DNA from: Acidothermus cellulolyticus 11B
GTDB taxonomy: Bacteria > Actinomycetota > Actinomycetes > Acidothermales > Acidothermaceae
NCBI RefSeq assembly: GCF_000015025.1
Contig: NC_008578.1
Span: 1,200,001 to 1,232,000, forward strand
DNA: 32,000 bases
Reading direction: 5' to 3'
The notes below the pieces were generated by a model. That model was given only the letters and a program-made list of their open reading frames with translations. It was not told the DNA's origin and did no database searches. Made by a program: the position numbers and the translations under genes. Of the stretch, positions 26,743 to 32,000 are shown in pieces; within the stretch, counting starts at the first letter, position 1, and every line of letters begins with the position of its first letter.

Positions 26743-26783
26743 GCGCCGCTTCAGCGGGAGCTGCCAGCGCCGCTTCAGCGGGA
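26743..26783. repeat. Two tandem copies (24-nt period) of the 17-nt element GCGCCGCTTCAGCGGGA between convergent uvrB and the Eis-like gene
   Basis: The copies at 26743-26759 and 26767-26783 are identical to each other and to 1973-1989. Each contains the mini-palindrome CCGC-TTCA-GCGG. The first copy starts immediately after the uvrB stop. Confidence 0.6.
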
Positions 26784-26808
26784 TTCGCTCAGCAGAGAGC
26801 CGGCACCG

Positions 26809-28059
26809 TCAGAAAACCAACGAACAGTGCGCGGCGGCGGGCCAACGGAAGGCCGACGCAGCCTGAGCGAGCGCCGCGGAGCTTGACGCGGAAACCCAAC
26901 CGCCTCGGGCAAGCTGATACAGCGATGTCGTGCCGAGATAAGCGGCGCCGAGCGCCCACGCCGGTACGGCGAGGTGCGCAGATTGCCGTGTCGGCTCGCA
27001 CGACGCTCCGTCCGGCCCGCCGATCAGACGCCATCGGCCGTTGTTCCACGGGCAGAACTCGTCGGCAACCTCGAGTACCAGGTCAATGTCGACCGAGTAG
27101 CGGCGAGCGGCGAGCGCACGGTCGACATCGACGATACGCACCCAGAGATTATCGGCAAGGCGGGCGTGGAGGCGGCGGGAATCCGCTGCCGCCAGCAGAA
27201 TCGGGTCGTCGATCGCAAGCCATGCCCGCCACGTTGCCATGAGGTCACGGCGCAACAGGTAATCCCACAACACGAGCTGGGCAGTCGGCTCGGCTGCGAC
27301 GATTTCGAGAATCTCGACTTCGCCGGCGGCAACGCCGTCTGACCATTCACTCTTGGTGCGGTAGAGCGCGTACCCGGTGTCTGGAATGACCACTGCCGAC
27401 AGTGGTGTCCAACCGCTCCGGCGTTCCACCGTCGCCTCGGACAATCGGTATTGCCACCACCGGTTGTCGCGCGCGAATTCACCGGGAGCGTCCGGCAGGT
27501 GCGCGGCATGAATCGCCGCTATCTCCGGAAGCACCGTCTCAGCAGGCTCATCGCGCAATGACAGGCGGAAATCGGCCCGCTGCGCCACCCGGTCATCGTC
27601 GATGGCTCGGGCGTCACGGCGTATCTCGACAGAGACCGTCTGGCTTGCCGGCCCATAGCCAAAGCGCCGGTAAATCGACGATTCCGACGCCCACAACGCC
27701 GCGATCGGCTCACGACCGTCGGCGTGCAACCCATGCAGCTGGTGGCGCATCAGCCGGGTGAGCAGCCCGCGACGCCGGTGCGAGGCGGCTACGGAGACGA
27801 ACGTCACTCCCGCCACGGGGACGACCCGGCCAGGCACCGACATCTGCAAGGAGAAAATCCCGCCGGTGCCAACGAGCCGGTCACCGTCGAACATCCCGGT
27901 GGTGCGGTCAAGTTCGAATACCAGCCGCTCCCGGGTGACGTGCTCGTCTCGGCAGGCGGTGCCGAAGGCGCGCATGCCGGTCGCCAGGAAGCGGGGGAAC
28001 TCCTCGTCCGTGACCGGACGGAACACGATGTCGCCGGGACGGGATACGTCACCAGCCAC
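26809..28059 (-). CDS. Eis-like (enhanced intracellular survival family) GNAT N-acetyltransferase
   Basis: The sequence is collinear with M. tuberculosis Eis as I recall it. GNAT motif A is VSVAASHRRRGLLTRLM, followed by IYRRFGYGPAS, and the C-terminal residue is Phe (..SLVF). The start is ambiguous: GTG at 28059 (chosen), 28074 or 28026. The ORF-track ATG at 28176 would overlap the MBL gene by 128 nt. Confidence 0.8.
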   Translation of the reverse strand: MAGDVSRPGDIVFRPVTDEEFPRFLATGMRAFGTACRDEHVTRERLVFELDRTTGMFDGDRLVGTGGIFSLQMSVPGRVVPVAGVTFVSVAASHRRRGLLTRLMRHQLHGLHADGREPIAALWASESSIYRRFGYGPASQTVSVEIRRDARAIDDDRVAQRADFRLSLRDEPAETVLPEIAAIHAAHLPDAPGEFARDNRWWQYRLSEATVERRSGWTPLSAVVIPDTGYALYRTKSEWSDGVAAGEVEILEIVAAEPTAQLVLWDYLLRRDLMATWRAWLAIDDPILLAAADSRRLHARLADNLWVRIVDVDRALAARRYSVDIDLVLEVADEFCPWNNGRWRLIGGPDGASCEPTRQSAHLAVPAWALGAAYLGTTSLYQLARGGWVSASSSAALAQAASAFRWPAAAHCSLVF

Positions 28060-28705
28060 GAGCCCGCCATTCACCGAGGTGGGGTCGTTCGGCTCCCAGC
28101 GTGGTGTCACGGCCGTGCCCCGGGTAAATCCAGGCCGCGTCCGGAAATCGGCCGAAGACCTTCTCTTCCAGGTCATTCATCAGGGTCGTGAAATCCTGCT
28201 TGTTGCCTCGCGTATTGCCGGGACCGCCCGGGAAGAGTGAGTCGCCGGTAAAAATATGCGGCTGATCCGGATCGGCGTCGTACACCAGCGCAATACTTCC
28301 CGGAGTATGACCACGGAGATGGATGACGCCGATCTCGCTGTTTCCCACCGTGATCCGGTCACCGTCGCTGACCGGCCACCCCACCGGGAGCGGGAGCGCA
28401 TCGGCGTCCAGGGGATGCGCGATAACCTCTGCCCCGGTCGCGTCGACGACGGCCCGGAGCGCCTGCCAGTGGTCGTGGTGACGGTGGGTCGTGACCACGG
28501 CGACCAGCCGTCCGTCGCCGATCGCGTCCAGCAACCGTCCCGGCTCGGCCGCAGCATCAATGAGCACGGTGTCGCAGGTCGCCCGGCACCGGAGCAGGTA
28601 GGCGTTGTTGTCGTACGGCCCGACCGCCAGCTTGGTGATCTGCAATCCCGGGAGCACGCGGACATCCGGCGGGCCGCCGACCCGCACGTCCCCGGTGTAC
28701 GTCAC
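28049..28705 (-). CDS. MBL-fold metallo-hydrolase (glyoxalase II-like)
   Basis: The metal-binding motif is THRHHDHW (HxHxDH), and the start is GTG at 28705. It is divergent from uvrA, the same arrangement as Rv1637c-uvrA in M. tuberculosis as I recall it. Confidence 0.85.
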   Translation of the reverse strand: MTYTGDVRVGGPPDVRVLPGLQITKLAVGPYDNNAYLLRCRATCDTVLIDAAAEPGRLLDAIGDGRLVAVVTTHRHHDHWQALRAVVDATGAEVIAHPLDADALPLPVGWPVSDGDRITVGNSEIGVIHLRGHTPGSIALVYDADPDQPHIFTGDSLFPGGPGNTRGNKQDFTTLMNDLEEKVFGRFPDAAWIYPGHGRDTTLGAERPHLGEWRARGW

Positions 28706-28828
28706 GACGCCGATGCTATCGGGCCGTCTCGGCTCACCGGCCGGGCAGCCGCGTCACGGCAGGCCCGGCGTCCGCGCCCACATAGGATGAAGCGCAGCTC
28801 GCCAGCTGAGGAGGACGGATCTGCGGGT

Positions 28829-31672
28829 ATGGCTGATCGGCTTGTCATCCGGGGCGCTCGCGAGCACAACCTCAAGGACGTCTCTCTCGATCTCCCGCGG
28901 AACGCATTGATCGTCTTCACCGGCCTCTCCGGATCGGGAAAATCAAGCCTCGCATTTGACACGATCTTCGCGGAGGGCCAGCGGCGGTACGTGGAGTCCC
29001 TCTCGGCGTACGCCCGGCAATTTCTCGGTCAGATGGACAAGCCGGACGTTGATTTCATCGAGGGGCTCTCGCCGGCGGTGTCCATCGACCAAAAATCGAC
29101 GTCGCGAAATCCGCGCTCCACGGTGGGTACGATCACCGAGGTTTACGACTACCTGCGTCTGCTGTACGCGCGGATCGGGCATCCGCACTGCCCGGTCTGC
29201 GGACGGGCGATTTCCCGCCAGACGCCGCAGCAGATCGTCGACCGCATCCTGGAATTTCCCGCCGGTACGCGATTCCAGGTGCTTGCGCCGGTCGTCCGCG
29301 GCCGCAAAGGCGAGTACGCCGAGATGTTCGCCGAGCTGCAGAGCAAAGGTTTCGTGCGGGTACGGGTCGACGGCGTCGTCCACCCGCTGGACAATCCGCC
29401 TCGGTTGAAAAAGCAGGAGAAGCACACCATCGACGTCGTGGTCGACCGGCTTGCCGTCAAGGAGAACGTCGCCCATCGGCTCGTTGACTCGATTGAGACG
29501 GCGCTGCGGCTCTCCGGAGGTCTGGTCACGCTCGAATTCGTCGATCTGCCGGAGAGCGACCCGCACCGGGAGCGAATGTTCTCCGAACATCTCGCCTGTC
29601 CCGACGACGACCTGGATTTTGAAGAATTGGAGCCGCGTTCTTTCTCCTTCAATTCGCCGTACGGCGCCTGTCCGGAATGCACCGGCCTCGGCACCCGGCT
29701 CGTCGCCGATCCCGATCTCATCGTTCCGGATCCGAGCAAATCCATCGCGGACGGCGCCATCGCGCCGTGGGCGACCGGGCACGTGTCGGACTACTTTGTC
29801 CGCCTCCTCGAGGCATTGGCCGACGCGGCGGGATTCTCCACCCAGACCCGCTGGGACCGGCTGCCCGCCAAAGCCCGCAAGTACATCCTGTACGGGTACC
29901 CCGAACCGTTGTACGTCCAATACCGCAATCGGTACGGCCGGCACCGGTCATACCACACGACCTACGAAGGTGTCGTGCCGTACATCGAACGCCGGCACGG
30001 CGAAGTCGACAGCGACTACAGCCGGGAGCGGTTCGAGAGCTACATGCGGGAAGTGCCGTGCCCGAAGTGCCAGGGCAAACGGCTCAAGCCGCTCGCGCTC
30101 GCCGTGACGGTCGGCGGGAAGTCCATCGCCGACGTGTCCGCCATGCCCATCAGCGAATGTGCGCGATTCCTGCGCGCCCTTGACCTAACCGCACGGGAAC
30201 GGCAGATCGCCGAGCGCGTGCTCAAAGAAGTGAACACCCGCCTGGGTTTCCTGCTGGACGTCGGTCTCGACTACCTCACGCTTGACCGTCCCGCCGCTAC
30301 GTTGGCGGGTGGCGAGGCGCAACGCATTCGGCTGGCCACCCAGATCGGCTCCGGTCTTGTCGGCGTTCTCTATGTGCTGGACGAGCCGAGTATCGGCCTG
30401 CACCAGCGCGACAACCACCGTCTCATCGAGACCCTGCTCCGCCTCCGCGATCTCGGCAATACGCTGATCGTGGTCGAGCACGATGAGGACACCATCCGCG
30501 CGGCGGATTGGGTGGTCGACATCGGTCCCGGCGCCGGTGAGCACGGTGGACAGATCGTCGTCTCCGGGCCGGTGCCTGAACTGCTGGCGTGCAAAGAGTC
30601 GCTCACCGGCGCGTACCTTTCCGGACGGCGAACCATCGAGGTACCGGCGATCCGGCGGCCCGCCGATCCCAAGCGCCGGCTGATCGTCAAGGGTGCCCGA
30701 GAGCACAACCTCCGCAACATCGACGTCGCGTTTCCGCTGGGCTGCTTCGTCGTCGTGACCGGCGTCTCGGGCTCGGGAAAATCAACGCTGGTCAACGACA
30801 TTCTCTATGCCGCGTTGGCCAAGGAACTGAACGGGGCGAAAACCGTGCCCGGCCGGCACGACCGCATCCTCGGTCTCGACCTCGTCGACAAGGCGATTCA
30901 CGTCGACCAGAGCCCGATCGGCCGGACGCCGCGGTCGAACCCCGCGACCTACACCGGTGTGTTTGATGACATCCGCCGGCTCTTCGCGGAGACCACGGAA
31001 GCCAAGGTGCGCGGATACACTCCCGGGCGTTTCTCCTTCAACGTGAAGGGCGGCCGCTGCGAAGCGTGCGCCGGCGACGGCACCATCAAAATCGAAATGA
31101 ATTTCCTGCCCGACGTTTACGTGCCGTGCGAAGTGTGCCATGGCGCGCGGTACAACCGGGAGACCCTCGAGGTGCATTACAAGGGCAAGACAATTGCCGA
31201 CGTCCTGGACATGCCGATCGAAGAAGCAGCCGACTTCTTCGGCCCGCTGCCGGGCATCGCCCGCCGGCTCACCACTCTCGTCGAGGTCGGTCTGGGTTAT
31301 GTCCGACTCGGCCAACCGGCCCCGACCCTCTCCGGCGGGGAAGCGCAGCGGGTGAAACTCGCGTCCGAGCTGCAGAAGCGGGCGACCGGTCGCACCGTGT
31401 ACATCCTCGACGAGCCGACGACCGGCCTGCATTTCGAAGACGTCCGCAAGCTGCTTGCCGTTCTGCAATCCCTTGTCGAGCGCGGCAATACCGTGATCGT
31501 CATTGAGCATAATCTTGACGTCATCAAGACGGCCGACTGGGTGATCGACCTCGGTCCCGAGGGCGGCGCCGCCGGCGGACAGGTGGTCGCCGAGGGTCCA
31601 CCCGAACAGGTGGCGGCGACGGAAGGCAGCTACACCGGCGCCTTTCTGCGCAAGGTGCTCCGCCTCTCCTAA
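28829..31672 (+). CDS. uvrA: Excinuclease ABC subunit A
   Basis: An internal ATG at 28829 gives [23 protein letters not shown]. The two ABC modules are [14 protein letters not shown] and [11 protein letters not shown], and the zinc modules are CPVCG and CEACAGDG. The ORF-track extension from 28256 is antisense to the MBL gene. Confidence 0.97.
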   Translation: MADRLVIRGAREHNLKDVSLDLPRNALIVFTGLSGSGKSSLAFDTIFAEGQRRYVESLSAYARQFLGQMDKPDVDFIEGLSPAVSIDQKSTSRNPRSTVGTITEVYDYLRLLYARIGHPHCPVCGRAISRQTPQQIVDRILEFPAGTRFQVLAPVVRGRKGEYAEMFAELQSKGFVRVRVDGVVHPLDNPPRLKKQEKHTIDVVVDRLAVKENVAHRLVDSIETALRLSGGLVTLEFVDLPESDPHRERMFSEHLACPDDDLDFEELEPRSFSFNSPYGACPECTGLGTRLVADPDLIVPDPSKSIADGAIAPWATGHVSDYFVRLLEALADAAGFSTQTRWDRLPAKARKYILYGYPEPLYVQYRNRYGRHRSYHTTYEGVVPYIERRHGEVDSDYSRERFESYMREVPCPKCQGKRLKPLALAVTVGGKSIADVSAMPISECARFLRALDLTARERQIAERVLKEVNTRLGFLLDVGLDYLTLDRPAATLAGGEAQRIRLATQIGSGLVGVLYVLDEPSIGLHQRDNHRLIETLLRLRDLGNTLIVVEHDEDTIRAADWVVDIGPGAGEHGGQIVVSGPVPELLACKESLTGAYLSGRRTIEVPAIRRPADPKRRLIVKGAREHNLRNIDVAFPLGCFVVVTGVSGSGKSTLVNDILYAALAKELNGAKTVPGRHDRILGLDLVDKAIHVDQSPIGRTPRSNPATYTGVFDDIRRLFAETTEAKVRGYTPGRFSFNVKGGRCEACAGDGTIKIEMNFLPDVYVPCEVCHGARYNRETLEVHYKGKTIADVLDMPIEEAADFFGPLPGIARRLTTLVEVGLGYVRLGQPAPTLSGGEAQRVKLASELQKRATGRTVYILDEPTTGLHFEDVRKLLAVLQSLVERGNTVIVIEHNLDVIKTADWVIDLGPEGGAAGGQVVAEGPPEQVAATEGSYTGAFLRKVLRLS

Positions 31673-31716
31673 CGGCGTTCCGCGGTACCGACGGCGGGGC
31701 GGCTACGCTGACAGGC

Positions 31717-32000
31717 GTGCACGCACCGCAGCTGCGCAAGCCGGCTGCCGGGGAGATTCCGGAGTCACCCGGCGTCTACCGGTTCTGGGACGCGCATGAT
31801 CGGGTCATCTACGTCGGAAAGGCGAAGAACCTGCGCGCCCGACTGACCAGTTACTTCGCGGATCCGGCGCTCCTTCATCCGCGGACCCGGGCCATGGTGA
31901 CAGCGGCCGCCCGCCTCGACTGGGTCATCGTCCGCACCGAGGTTGAGGCGCTGCAACTGGAATACAACTGGATCAAGCAGTACGAGCCTCGCTTCAACAT
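31717..32000 (+). CDS. uvrC: Excinuclease ABC subunit C, N-terminal fragment (continues past the window end)
   Basis: This ORF is not in the track because the window ends before its stop. From GTG 31717, frame 1 reads [65 protein letters not shown], which is the GIY-YIG nuclease domain. Confidence 0.88.
   Translation, partial: MHAPQLRKPAAGEIPESPGVYRFWDAHDRVIYVGKAKNLRARLTSYFADPALLHPRTRAMVTAAARLDWVIVRTEVEALQLEYNWIKQYEPRFN

Noticed and set aside
28256-28828. Upstream extension of the uvrA ORF (191 extra codons), with similar N-terminal extensions at 123-317 (livG), 7407-7730 (lipoprotein), 8371-8442 (coaE), 9169-9231 (ALDH), 17773-17859 (HpaE-like) and 20139-20237 (FAH)
   Set aside because: The extensions overlap neighbouring genes or promoter regions and have non-protein-like composition. 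The conserved family N-termini begin at internal starts that have SD-like sequences.
28706-28828. LexA/SOS box in the MBL-uvrA divergent promoter region, and also upstream of uvrB
   Set aside because: I found no TCGAAC-N4-GTTCGA-like palindrome by eye, so I make no SOS-box claim.
28943-29944. 333-aa ORF on the minus strand, plus similar ORFs at 30782..31510 and 25777..26637
   Set aside because: They are antisense to uvrA and uvrB and are shadow ORFs.
1-32000. CRISPR arrays, tRNA/rRNA genes, IS elements, prophage or defence-system genes
   Set aside because: I saw no regularly spaced repeats, no cloverleaf-like segments in intergenic DNA, and no transposase, integrase, nuclease or NTPase-type defence ORFs. 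All substantial ORFs are accounted for by metabolic or housekeeping families.

Overview
This is a high-GC actinobacterial chromosomal segment with dense coding and frequent start/stop overlaps. The backbone is housekeeping. It holds the tail of a Liv-type branched-chain amino acid ABC transporter (livM fragment, livG, livF), a GNAT, polA, rpsA, a lipoprotein and coaE. After the accessory block come uvrB, an Eis-like GNAT, an MBL-fold hydrolase, uvrA and the 5' end of uvrC. Between coaE (ends 9084) and uvrB (starts 24625) lies a ~15.5 kb, 14-gene accessory block, which I consider the most interesting part of the window. It combines three sets of genes. The first is a gamma-glutamylation amine-catabolism set: a glutamine-synthetase-like ligase, two class-I amidotransferase/peptidase-C26 type hydrolases, a PatD-like aldehyde dehydrogenase and a GabT-like aminotransferase. 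The second is a cytochrome P450 translated directly behind the GS-like gene, with its 3Fe-4S-type ferredoxin and ferredoxin reductase about 7 kb away. The third is a truncated aromatic meta-cleavage module: a LigB/HpaD-type extradiol dioxygenase, an HpaE-like semialdehyde dehydrogenase and an FAH-family enzyme. The block also carries an acetoacetate-decarboxylase-family protein, a MarR regulator and an APC permease. Three related palindromic operator-like sites (core GTTyGk-NN-mCAAAC) each overlap a predicted -10 element and tie the divergent transcription units into one putative regulon. The working hypothesis is a P450-dependent gamma-glutamyl-amine (possibly arylalkylamine) catabolic pathway; this is inference, not demonstrated. 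I also noted a 17-nt element present three times in intergenic DNA, a possible FtsX-permease C-terminal relic between polA and rpsA, a convergent 47-nt gene overlap, and GC-rich inverted repeats upstream of uvrB. I found no tRNA, rRNA, CRISPR array, transposase or integrase.
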